NCBI RefSeq assembly: GCF_002571385.2
Contig: NW_019218217.1
Location: 104,960 to 168,959, forward strand
Length of the DNA stretch: 64,000 nt
Direction: 5' to 3'
DNA from: Stylophora pistillata
Lineage: Eukaryota
Shown: piece after piece, positions 48,895 to 60,925 of the stretch
How positions within the stretch are numbered: position 1 is the stretch's first letter
How the letters are laid out: each line of letters begins with the position of its first letter
Translations under genes and position numbers: made by a program
The notes under the pieces: generated by a model
The model's input: only the letters and a program-made list of their open reading frames with translations
What the model was told of the DNA's origin: nothing
Databases searched by the model: none

Positions 48895-49842
48895 TATATT
48901 TGTCTGGTAGTTCGGGGGTAAAAAGGGTAAAAACATGGCAACTGTGCCACGACACCCCTTTTTAATACTACTGGCAAACGTTCCATCAGTAATTTTTAAC
49001 CGACCTTTTTGAAATTAAAGATTAAAAATCTCTCCATACATTTCTTTATAAAATTTGACGCCGATTTTAATGTTACATTTCTAAGTAACCGCTTACGTTA
49101 CGCGGGCGCTCGGCCACAATAGTTGAGGATGGAATACAAAAGACTGTGCGCAGTCAGGGTGAAGTCGACCCAATATAGATCAAAATTATAGCTTTTTCTT
49201 TTTTATCTCCATGGTTATGGGGCTTATGTCATAATTCTCAACTTATTTCAACCAATATGCGGACGGACAAGTATTGTTAGGAAACAGTGAGATCTTTCGT
49301 GTTGATTGCCAAATGATTTACCATAGCTCTTGCTGCCTAGTGTCATATTACAACATTTTAGTCCATGTCGTTTCTAGAAATGAAAAAAGTTGCTGCTGAC
49401 CCTTAGCCACACTATGTCATTTTTTTTCCTTTTCTTTTAGCTGTTTAATTGATTTCCCATTTTTTTTTGTTTGAGGGCGTTAAAGATATACCTTTCCTTT
49501 GGGAAAAGCGAGGTGTTTAACAACAACAAAAAAAGGGTGCATTTGGAATTTACAGCTGCAGAGGGATGAGACCAAATAAGGAAAGATAGGACTCGACATT
49601 ATACTATTTTTGATGTCACGAATATTCATGAACTTCAGTTATCTTCACAGAAGGGCTTAGTAAATCATATGAAAAAAATCAAAGGAAACTGTGAATAAGT
49701 CGTGGATACATTGCGTTTGAACAAGTTTTGAAGATAGTTCATTTCCAATGGGTAACTCCCGGGTACAATTGAAAGTACTCGGTATTACTTTAAACAGCTA
49801 GGGTGACGTCGGGTGAATGGTCAGAATTCATATTTTAGCTAT

Positions 49843-50060
49843 CGGTCAGAAATGCAGACTAGGTATAAATTACAGACTGCAAACCGGCTACGAAATGCAG
49901 AATAGGTACAAAATGCAGACTGCAAACCGGCTAGGTAATGCAGAATAGGTACAAAATACAAACTGCAAACCGGGTATCAAATGCAGAATAGGTACAAAAT
50001 ACAGACTTCAAACCGTGTACGAAATACAGAATAGGTAAAAAATGCAGAATGCAGACTGGA
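49843..50060 (+). repeat. Minisatellite, ~42-bp unit of two AAATGCAGA-headed halves, ~5 copies
   Basis: aaatgcagactgcaaaccggctacgaaatgcagaataggtac repeated with variation. Confidence 0.85.
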
Positions 50061-50559
50061 AATTCTCAAAACTGTCTTTTCTTCTGATACATAGTAACAG
50101 ATGTCATCTTACAACTTACCGAATGTCACGCAATCGCCTTTTAGCGATCACTTACATGATTATTTGCACTATTTAAAGAGCAGTGTTTCTGTCGAGGAGC
50201 TATCGGCTGATAGTTGCCCCGAGAAACGAAGCTTCTAGCTAACTTCGCGGCCGTCAAACTATTTATTAAAAAAATAAATAAAAAAATTACGACGTAAAAT
50301 CATGAACTTTGGCAGAGAATGTTTTATTAAAGACTTTAGAAAACTACTTTTTAGACGTCTTTTTAGGCAGACTGTCCGTAAAAGTTGAAAGTACAGTTTT
50401 GAAAAGAACCGATGAAAAGTTCTGGGCCGCGCCGGTTTGGTGAACGCCAATATTGGACTGTTGATTAATGCAGCGAGTTTCGTCCTGGCTCTGATTTTGC
50501 TGCAGTGTTCCAAGAGGACTTAGTGACTGAGCGGTGACTCTGAGCGCCAGTTGCAACAG

Positions 50560-51850
50560 CTTGGCTTGCTCTCACTGGACCCACAAAATTGCTGATTATG
50601 GCTGAGGACTGCAGTTGTTAAATTGTCAGTCTTTCGCGGTACGAATCGAGCGACGCCTCACTTTTGTGGCCAGTAACACTTCTTACTCACGAATTCTCCA
50701 GGCCGGCTGCTTTGAGGATGGTTACTGATGCATGATGTCGCCCGAATACAGTGAGTGCGATGCGAAGTGAGTAGACAGACTAGCTTTCTTATTCATGCGG
50801 CCGAGTAAATCTTGCGAAGAGTTTTTCCCTAAAGGGACATTGCAGTGCCGCACCGCGTCGCTTTCCTAAAATTCGCCGGTGCTGTTGTTACTTGGCCTTT
50901 GCCATAAGGTGAGCAGCTGGGGTTTCGCTTCTTCAAATACTTTTTTATACATATGACTGTACATCTTTCCGTATTGTCTGGTCTCTCATAAATTATGGCT
51001 TGTGAATTATCCACGTTGTCACGGAGGCCGCCAGGATGAATTTTTGTCGCTCGCTCTCGAAGGGCAATATATTCCAGGCCGTTTGCGATTTTTCTGAAAA
51101 CAATTTCTTCCTTTACCATATTTCTCTGGTTTCTCGGCCTCGCCTGCCAAAGAAGAGCATCAGATAGAACCAAGCAGTCTGTACTAGACTTTTAGAATTG
51201 TCGTTTCCTAACTGCTTCGCCGTGAACAACTGCTCCACATCTTCCCGCTCTAAGGCTTACTTGTGTTTTGTAGATGACAACGACCCCGTCTTCGCCAAAC
51301 TTTTTAGGTGGTAATCTAAGGCCTCTTTAGATAGAACAAAGACTTTGTTGTGTATGATGGAAAATACTTTCGTGTGTGGAGCTTGACTCAGGTACCGTTC
51401 AAGACCCGCTCGAATGGCTTTCATGGAGTTTCGCGAATAGCGTTGCCCACTAGCTGTACGTGCCCCCACGTAAAATTTGCGAAGGACTCCAGCAAGTCTT
51501 TCTGCTGGAAACTCTTCAATGCTTTCCGTTATTCCTTTCTCTCTAGACCAAGCTTAAAGGTAAAAACAATTTCACTGAATTTAACTTTTATTCGTTGTTG
51601 TAGTTTCTTGGTGAATATCTTTTAATTCGTCAAATGCATTGTAACTTTTGAAACAAATATGTCCTACTAAAAGTTTCATTACCTTCAAAAATTTCAACCT
51701 CATACGAAGTCGCCTCCTTGGTTTTTTGGGGTATTCCCTCAATGACAAGGATAATCACATCTTCGCTGACCTCGGCGGATCGAGTAGCCTTACTTGTTAC
51801 AACGAAGCCTGCTTGTTTAGCACAGAAAATTTTTCACGGAACAGATGAGA
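50560..51850 (-). mobile_element. Degenerate Crypton (DUF3504/ZMYM-KCTD1-type tyrosine recombinase)
   Basis: YSRNSMKAIRAGLERYL, RNQRNM, ATKIHPGGL, RCTVICIKKYLKKRNP, HCIRAT, TGHKSEASLDSY. Confidence 0.8.
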
Positions 51851-52491
51851 CGTAAAACCACCAGGAAAGTAAACAGTTGGCCAGCCACGAAAACAATGCT
51901 TCGCTTTCCCCTATAAAGACTCACCGGTTACTCATTTTAACGATATACAACGATAGAAATACTGACGGCTCGCAGGGAGAGGAATGAAAGCTTGAAATTG
52001 TATTTAAGAACGACTGTAGCCTGGACGCTTTGTAAAAACAAAATATACCCGGAACGGCGAGGAATATTCCACAATAATGCAAATGATGGCGAAAGATGAT
52101 CGCGGAAAAGCGATTGCATAAGGCGTATTTACTCATAGTTACACCTTAGTCTTTCAAAGAGCTTTGACTCGGTTACACATATGCTAACTGCGACGAGTAT
52201 TTTAATTAAAATCGAAGTCCATCGAAGAAAGACAGAGTTAAATTTTAACGTCGCAGCATTACTTCGGAAATGTGATAGAGGCAGCATTCCCGTATGAATT
52301 CGGAAGCTCGCTATTAATTGGGCTGCCGTCGACATATCGATTTGTTTACATCTGAGTGAGAGACACATTTGCATATTCTGCCCCACGACAAAAAATCAAA
52401 TCAGTAAGCATGTATGTATGTATCAGTTATTTTTATTCTTTTTTTCCGATAAGGACGTGACACAAAAATAGATCTAGATTATGGTACTTAC

Positions 52492-52497
52492 GGCCAG
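52492..52497 (-). CDS. Candidate 6-nt microexon CTGGCC between the two LDLa exons
   Basis: ccttttctttcatgttttatctgcaccaatcag|CTGGCC|gtaagtac; first AG after the pyrimidine tract; frame-preserving, giving the linker ...QC-T-G-R-KC... Confidence 0.55.
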
Positions 52498-53410
52498 CTG
52501 ATTGGTGCAGATAAAACATGAAAGAAAAGGAAAAGTCAATCAAATTTTCTTTTTATATGATTAAGATACCACTAAGACTGTATAAGCTTCAGCGGTAAAA
52601 TTTAGATGTTGTTTATCATGATGGGTGACACAAACTAGCATGTAAAAGAAAAATTTGTTCGTAAGCCCTGTCTTCAGCAATTTAGTTTCGCCTGCGTTGT
52701 GAACGGTTTATTTACTTTTTCCCGGTCAAATTGATGTAATCAGGCAATGTTGATGGGTCGATGACTATATTTCTATATTAGCTCTTTTTCAAATTAATAT
52801 ACCAACGCTTGAGGAACTCAGTATACCCGAGAAAACCCGTAGTATTCATTCAAAGCATAACATTTGTCTGCTTTCAGAATAATTTACATCGAGCATTTTA
52901 TGTTGCAAGATATAATTTGTTGTTTCCTGTCGCCAACTGAATGCATTTGCAATTGAGTTTGCCGGCCGCTAAGATACAAATGATCAGGTCATCTCGTACA
53001 TGAAATCGCAGACATCTTGTTCTGCTTATTACAGTTTATATCATTTGTTTTCATGGTAACTTTCACCATCACAAAAATCTCTTTCATACCATTGAGGCTC
53101 TTCATTCAAATGAAAGATGAACGGATATGACAGCATTTGACCAATAACCAACCATTACTGTAAAACTACCTTCCCACATGATAACATTATGCGCCAAGGC
53201 TTTATTTTGCTATTAGGATATGGTCTTGTAAATTGGGCTCTTGATGCACAATTTTTTTCTTTCTTCATTTCTTTTGGAAAAAAAAGGTATTTGCAAGTCA
53301 GCATGATTATTATTATTTTTTGTAATACTTTTAGGGTCGAAAAAGCACAGCCCATGATAAATGTTAAAATATATACAAGAATTTAAAAACAAATTAACTA
53401 CACTACTTAC

Positions 53411-53521
53411 TGCATTGTTCGTCTGATCCATCACTACAGTCCCTGTACCTATCGCAGCGTTCAGACGCATGGTTACACTTTTGTTGATTTGCACAAGTAA
53501 ACTGATCGCCTTCACAAGTTA
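53411..53521 (-). CDS. Host gene exon: LDL-receptor class A repeat (I)TCEGDQFTCANQQKCNHASERCDRYRDCSDGSDEQC
   Basis: 111-bp phase 1-1 exon, ctcatag acceptor and gtaagt donor, six Cys, F-x-C and DCxDGSDE LDLa signature. Confidence 0.9.
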
Positions 53522-55731
53522 CTATGAGATGATGAAAAGAAACACACGAATTGTGACAAATCGTTTACACTTCATGCACATTAAGGGCTACATCACGACT
53601 CATGCAAGCGCTGTCACAATTGAAAACCCCATAAATAGGCGGTTAGCAGTTTATTTTCAGGGATTGATCTTTTGCGGCTGACATTGTGAAGTTACATTTC
53701 ATCAGAGATCAAGATTGATCTCTGCGCGGTTTTTTTTTTTTTATGGAAGGCACTCGCGATGGGTCGGAGTACTCTTAATGACGACGCGTTTGACCTTTTT
53801 TCAGACTTAGCTGCAGAAAATATCTTGATAGCACAGAATTTCTGCATTTCTTTCTTGTCAAAGTTTTTGTTACCTTTACTTATTGACATTAAGCATGTTG
53901 TTTTTTATGATAATTTGTTTTTTCAATAAAGCTAACTTCCCTGGAAAGCTGTTATTCTTGTGTTATGTCGATTTCCCGATAATGCGAGTTCGAGTGAGCT
54001 TTTATGCTTATTTGTATTTGATGCTTTAGACTGGCAGAATATAGCCGTCAGATTGTCAGATTATGTCTTCGTCGATTGAGAAAGCCCTGAAATTTATTGA
54101 AACTCTCAGAAAAGGATCAGAAGGAAAAGGGTCTACATTATAAATTGCAAGGAAACAGTTGCCGCTGACCCTCGACTTCTTCAATTCTTTTTTTTTGTTC
54201 TGTCCTTTTTTTTAAGGTCGGTTTGCTCTCTCATTTCCCTTAGTATGAGTGTATCGACTAATGGTATTTTGTTGAGGAAAATGAAAAGTTTATTCTAAAA
54301 GAAAAAATAAACAACAAGAAAAAAACTGCGGAGGACTGAGAAGGGATAAGTAAGAGACATAATAATGATTTTAATAAATTTCAGCTGTTAAAAAAGCAAA
54401 GGAATTTTAAAATATAATTCAAATAAGTGAACAAATTTATCAATTTGATGTTGGTGTTATTGCTTTGCATTTATCTTTTCATGCAACTTCCCTATCAAGC
54501 ACTAGCTGACTTTGCTTTTTTTTTTATTCTTCCTCTTAAGAAGAGAAAGAAGCTTTTTTTCACTATTACGATCGCGATCATGTTCAATTTCAGATTTCTT
54601 CTTTATGGCTACATGCAAACTAATCGTAAACCAAAAGACAATTGTGTAAGGCGCATTCATAATACAACATTCGTTTAATGCTGCTACTATAGAAATATGT
54701 ATGGAGACGATACAAATAAATATAAATCTAAGGTCCCTATCGTTAGCTGATTGGTGCAGGTAAAAGAAAAGAAAAAGAGGAAAAGTTAATCAAATGATCA
54801 GATAGTTTTATGACAATACCACCAAACTCCATTCAATTTGCGGTAAAATCATAATTTCATTAACCAAGGGAGACAACAATTTATGTGTGAAGAAGAATTT
54901 ATCCGTGAGCTCCACATTCAGCATTTGTTCAAGCTCCGCCCCCAGACACCGCTCCAGTCACCAACCAATCACAGCGTTTTAGAAAAAAAAGTGGCGCGAA
55001 GTGCTTTGTATACAAGCCACACGCGAGGCCAATCCCACACGCTGAGTAAATCTCATAAATGACATTGATTGTATGCTATTGTTTACAGTTGTTATTTAGG
55101 GTCAATAGTGTTTGTATCCCCTAGTTTATTTCAATTTGTGATTTTCAATACCCAATCGATGCATTTCCTTTGCCTATAGCTCAGATGGCTCGTTCGCAAT
55201 TAAACAAACGGCCTCTTGAATAGCACTGTCCATACAACAGCATTATACAACCACCGCACCATGATATCACGTGACCTATCGAGTAGCTCCGTTCATATAT
55301 GAACAGATGAACAGCTTGGACAATAGTGTGGGCATAGGCGTTATTTTCTCGCGCCCCTCTGTCCGAACGTATTAATAACCACTAGCCTTTTACCCGAGAT
55401 GTGGTCTCTTTTTTTTTTTTTTTCTGCCTTTTTTCTTCTATAATGTCGGTATCACATGGTTATTTGATTTCGACCTATCGTCACAAGTAGTGAGTGAATC
55501 ATTTCTGTCAAAATTTATAGACATTACAATGAGTGGCTTATAGGTCTTTTTAAGTAACAAGTTGAGTTCTCCAAGTTCTTTTTTTCAGACCCAGAAAAGC
55601 ATGTTCCGAATAGGGTTGGAATATTTGTTTTTAATTTTCTCTAGCAGGTTAAATTTTCACATGCAAATATTCCGTTTACTTATCAGGGTAGAGGTGATAT
55701 CTAAACATAACCTAATATTACTGTAACATAC

Positions 55732-55789
55732 TCGCAGTTGTGAAGGGAACAGCTACCAGCATGAGCAATAGAACAGCCTGGGGATCCAT
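55732..55789 (-). CDS. Host gene first coding exon: signal peptide MDPQAVLLLMLVAVPFTTA (ends phase 1)
   Basis: Minus strand catag|attgtaATG GAT CCC CAG GCT GTT CTA TTG CTC ATG CTG GTA GCT GTT CCC TTC ACA ACT GCG A|gtatgt. Hydrophobic core ending T-T-A; phase 1 joins in frame to the LDLa exon at 53521. Confidence 0.7.
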
Positions 55790-56514
55790 TACAATCTATG
55801 TGGAAAGTCAAAAGGTTATTTAATTTATTTATCATATATTTTTTTTTTTTTTGGGGGGGGGGGAAGAAATTGGTGGAGGAGAGCAAAAACTACAATTACC
55901 TGCTGAGTGTCGTGAAGTCAAGATAAGCATTCCCACCGATAAAGAAGGGGGAAAAAGAAATTGTTGCATCTTACAGACTATTAAGAGGATTTCTATAGAT
56001 ATATGAAACCATTTCTAGGACGTAATTAAATTGGAGAGAAAAATCTCGTCTTTTTAAACTGTTGTTTGACAAATGTCGTGTGGAGCCAATAAAAAAATAC
56101 TGAGCGTATATTTAAGATATTACGGCTCGTATGAAACTGACAATGTGAAAGTATAGAGATTTATCTATTTATAAATACATTTTGATTTAATTGTATTACT
56201 TTGCGTCACAGTGTTCTGAAGCCACCTAAAGTAGCTTCCGAATAAACAAGTTTCATACGGGTTTAAGTTTCATATAGATACTACTTCCAACTACTACTTC
56301 CAACCGGCTCATTACAACAATTTAGAGTACGGTAATTGAGACTTCTCAAAATGAATTTTGACAGAGTGCAGAAATATGATATAATGTAATGATAATCATA
56401 ATTTTGTTGATAATCATGATGATGATACTTGCAATAATAAAATAATAAAAGTAACAGCTCAATGAACAATAATAAATCATTTAGGAAATAAAGCACACTT
56501 TCTAACAGTTCATA

Positions 56515-56575
56515 CGCGTTATTTATCAAGCTTGTTCGGACAGGATGGCTAGATATTGGCCGGGTTTTCTTTTTT

Positions 56576-56606
<31 letters not shown>

Positions 56607-56830
56607 TTTGTTTTTGTTTGTTGTTTGTTTGTTTTTTTCTTGTTTTGACAGTCTTCCACTTAGTTGCTGACATTTTCCAAAAGCTACAAACTTTGTAGGT
56701 CCGCTCCCCGCACTTTTTTTCTTGCACGATATAAAAGCGGGCAGTCTTGAGCGGGCCCCATCTTGCCCGCACGGGTAGCCAATCATAACACATGATCGCC
56801 TCGTCCTGCCTGCGGGCGCCGCCAGCTAAA
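56515..56830. repeat. Non-autonomous repeat with (GT)n/T-rich expansion
   Basis: ggatggctagatattggcc...gggccccatcttgcccgcacgggtagccaatca motif; (GT)n at 56581-56606. Confidence 0.5.
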
Positions 56831-57739
56831 AAATAAACTGCGGTAATAGACCGCGCGGGATGATGGAAAAAAAAAAAAAAAAAAAAAAAAACTCGAGGTG
56901 CAGCTAAGTGGTTTACAAACTCTGCATTCCTACTTTTTTTTTTTTTGTTTTCTCTCTTTTCCTTTCAGTTTTTTGTTTTAATTTTGGTTCTCTTCCTTTT
57001 TAATGAACTGCTTTAAGATGAAGTGCTTCAGTTATTTCCTTTTTTGGCAAGAGGAGAAACACGTGAACGTTCGAATATAATTCAACTTCAGTCGACCACT
57101 TGGATCTAAAACTAATGAAGACCATAGAAGCAACGCTTATTTTACTAGCATTAATCTGAAATAAAGCATACAGAAGCAAATTACTCTAAAACAGATATTG
57201 ACCCAAACATGCTTTATACACAGAGATATGGTATTAACACAACATTAATATTATGTTTGTCAAAGCCGTTTCTTGGTCAGAATTAGAATCACTATTGGCA
57301 TAATACTAAAGAATGCCTCTTAAAAACAAACAGCTTAAAATAGTTATTTAACAAGGAAAGAAAGGAGCAAAACGATGGGGAAAATTTTCACAGAACCGAA
57401 GTAGTAGAGATGATGATCGTCGGCGACGATTAATTATACGCGGCACCTCATCAGCAGGTTAACAACCGAATTATAAAACGAGTAACGATGTTCTCAATAC
57501 TCCAGATGGAGCCAAAATAAATAACAAAAGATTACCTTTATCAAGGGTGTTTCTCTGAGAATCAATAGATTCTAGCTAAACAAAGTCGAAAGTGGCTGAA
57601 TATAAATATTCCTTCCGTGGTGACACAAACCAACAAAAAGGAAGACTGTGCTGTTTACTTTGCATAAGGATGTATTTCAGAATCCAATAATCCAGCCAAT
57701 AAGAGGACACGAACATTGTGGGCTTGCAACCGTCTGGAG

Positions 57740-60345
57740 AACTAAATTAACTTCTGAATAAACAGTTTTATGGAACTAAAGCAGTATTATAACTTTTTTC
57801 TGTGATAATATTCAATCCAGCACGTTGGAAAAGTTACATCTACTTACATGGAGAGTATCTGAGAAATCGTATTGTTAGTGGAGAGTTTGTGAAAGCACCT
57901 TTACGCATGAAACGTTAAAGGCGCCTTGAGTGAGAAATTACCTTTGACGCTAAATATTTTTAGATACATGCCGAGAAAATAGATAATTACACGTCTGGCA
58001 AATACTGTTCTATTAGGATGAAAAAAGGCGAGAGTGATAGTAATAACTGCGATGATGACGATGATGATAAATGTGATAATAAAATATTGACAAACATCCT
58101 AATATATTGAATAATAATAACCTATAGATGGATAGAAGTCGTATAGTTTTAATGTTTTCAAAGACCACAGCTGCTCGGCATTTAACATATTGTTATCTCT
58201 GTCGATCAAAACTTAGAATTATGACATCATCATTATTTCGAATCAGCCAACCAAGCGAGAGATGGGGACAAATAACATAACGTTTAGTCAATTCATTAGA
58301 TTGTCTCATCCGACGGTTGTCAAGAAAATTTTTTCCATTCACAACGGTTTCTAATTATTTTTGCTTCATTTTTCTTGTTTTATTTCTTGTTTTTGTCTCT
58401 CGATGTAAGTTTGTATCGTTTTGTCTTTTGACAGTTATCAGTAATTGGCAAGCGTTTAGTTACGATCAAGCGACCAAAAAAAAAATTAAATATTGACGCT
58501 TACGATGTAAATTAACCAAAATACATAATTAGTTCACTCTTCCGACACGTGATGAGAAAAAAAAAATGTCTTACGTAGTCTTTTAAATATGTATGTATGT
58601 ACACACCCACTGTTTCGGTTTCTGTTTCAGAATTGCAAAGTGTCTCCAATTATTTGTTTTATTATTATAATTATTATTTTTCTTCTTATTCTTTTTATGT
58701 ATTTTTTAAAGGCGAAATGCTTCCTTCGTTTTGTTTTTCTCATTATTTCTATCATTTTTCAAGAAGAAAATCGCGGGAATGTTCAAATATAAGCTGTTAG
58801 CTCACTTACTCTAAGGAAAGATGATGGGCAAACAGGGGTGGGGTGGGGGGAAGGTAAACCCTTTAACTTCCAAGGTCTGATTGTTACCTCTCCCCTCTAA
58901 GTGCTACATATTTCTTTGTAAAGTGGATATAATGATTTTATGTTAGATTGAGATAACTACCAGATAAGTTTGAATATTCTCATTACCTGTTTACTGGATA
59001 TAATGTATGTATATTGAAGGGAGAATTTTCTCAGTAATTACTTCTGGGAGTTGAAAGTTATCCAATCTCTCTTTCCCTTGGTTACAGTTTTTAAAAGGAA
59101 TATAGACTCTCTTCAAATAATTTCGGGAATTTTGAGGTAAAATCATCGAGCATCGCGCTCGCAATCTCGTTTCCAAACATCTGTGGATACCTTGAACTTT
59201 GTAAAAATGACAGTACTCTTATGGAAAACGACCAAATGACAGAAATGTAGAGGAAAATAAAGAATGTTCCTGTTAATCTTTACATCGATGTGTTTGTAAT
59301 GTTCCGTTGCTGTCAATTTCATGCAGTCAGTTCTGCGTGTTGAAACTACAATAACAAAGGCACAACCCATTTGTTGTTTTGGTATGTATGTCATGTTGTG
59401 GTCATGTCCTTAGTATAGATGAATACAGACCTTCAAATGGAAAACAGTAATTGAAGTTTTCAAATTAAACGTCGAACCATAGGACGCGATGACTTTTATA
59501 CCTTGGCTACTTATCATTAGGTATTACAATCTAACAGATATAAGTAGAAAAGAAATAGTAATAACGCACGAGTCGATTTTACAAACATCCTGCGATATTT
59601 GGACAATTAGCTACTTGTCTGTGTAATAGGACTATATGCCGTTTAATCTGGGAATAATTAGTTAAAAAAAATTCTCAGATAGCCTAGATCTTTTTGAACA
59701 CGACGACTGATCTGCAATTAACTTATTATTATTTGTGGTATTCTTAACGTAATAATATTCAAACAAACACGTTTGAAAAGTTATATCGAGAGTAAATAGG
59801 GAGTCTTATCATTATAGAGCTTGTGAAGTTTTCTTCAATCATGAAACGTTAAAGGAATTTCAAACTAGAAATTACCTCTGAAATAAAATATTTCTAAATA
59901 ATATCCCGTTGAAATAGATAGAAACGCGCATGGTAAAGACTGTTGGGTCAGGACAGAAAAAGCGAGAATGATAATAACAATTGCGATAATGACGATGATG
60001 CTAAATGCAATAGTATAATATTAACAACCATCCAGAGAAAAGGAACATTAACAACCCTATAAATAAATAAAAAATTAGAATTATAACATCATCACTCTTT
60101 TAAATCGGCCAATCAAGCGAGAGACCCGTGACGCTTGCAGCCATATGGTGACAAATAACATAACGTTTAGTAACATCATTAGACTGCTTCAGCTGACGGC
60201 CCTCAAGAAAAAATTTTCCATTTCCAACAGTTCTAAATTCTTTTTTCTTTGTTTTTTTTTTGTTTTGTGTCTCGGTTTTGTTTCTCGATGTAAGTTTGTA
60301 TCATTTTGTCTTTTGACAGTTATCAGTAATTGGCAAGCGTTTAGG
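57740..60345. repeat. Diverged ~650-700 bp direct duplication (57740-58460 versus 59740-60345) upstream of the host gene
   Basis: Shared aatattcaa..cacgtt.gaaaagtta.atc, catgaaacgttaaagg, gacaaataacataacgtttagt, gtcttttgacagttatcagtaattggcaagcgtttag. Confidence 0.85.
58856..59056 (+). repeat. Interspersed TTAACCCTTTAAC-headed repeat (related pieces at 62290-62478 and 63350-63442)
   Basis: Similar aaccctt heads and tctcc..agaata blocks, with imperfect inverted ends. Confidence 0.45.
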
Positions 60346-60689
60346 ATGATGAAGGCGGGTCGTAATACGGTGGCCTTCCTAAATGATCGTCTGTGTGAGT
60401 CGTCCCAAATGAAGCTTGAGAGATCAACATAAATTTTTGGAAACCAAGGCAAAAGATCTGTAACGATTTGGACGATGAAGAAAACTTCCATCGCTCGGAT
60501 GTACGACCGCCCCGATCATCTCGATCAGTACTAACTTGGTGCGCCGATCAGGATGATGCAACACTGATCAATTGCAAGAGAGCATCAGCGCTTGAACTTC
60601 CCGAGCCGGCTGCATAGAAGAAAATGCTTTCGTGAGCGTTGCTTTGGTCCAAATAATTTACAAGCTTCTGTGTAAGGCAGTTTTCACTG

Positions 60690-60925
60690 TTGAGTCGGGG
60701 GGACGTACCCCGCTAAACAATATACAGAAGGCGTAGGAGACGACGCCTAGGACTTATCGTCCTAATCCGAGAAGACAAGACCCTCTAACCATTTGCAAAT
60801 GTCAGAGCAAAGGCAGCACGTCCCCCTTAGTTATTTCGAGACCCTGAGTGTTGGTCCAGTCTAGGGCTTTAACCTTTGACCTCCCGTAAGGCAGTGCGGC
60901 GCTCTACAACACCAGCTTTCTAGGC
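60690..60925 (-). mobile_element. Older tRNA-derived SINE copy
   Basis: tccgagaagac..tctaaccattt..ttggtcc..gacctcccg..gcgctcta collinear with the SINE at 34437-34793. Confidence 0.7.

Larger units (their letters stand above)
22024..48972 (-). mobile_element. Degenerate, internally deleted Polinton/Maverick with multiple nested insertions
   Basis: Right end ...TACTACT (reads AGTAGTA on the other strand); diverged TIRs (22024-22385 versus 44051-44070 plus 48515-48972); 6-bp TSD GGCAAA at 22018-22023 and 48973-48978; protein-primed PolB remnants inside. Confidence 0.88.
52480..54930. repeat. Diverged local duplication (~200 bp): 52480-52685 versus 54725-54930
   Basis: Shared agctgattggtgcag.taaaa, aggaaaagt.aatcaaat, gcggtaaaat, aagaa.aattt, ttcagca.tt blocks. 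Confidence 0.75.
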
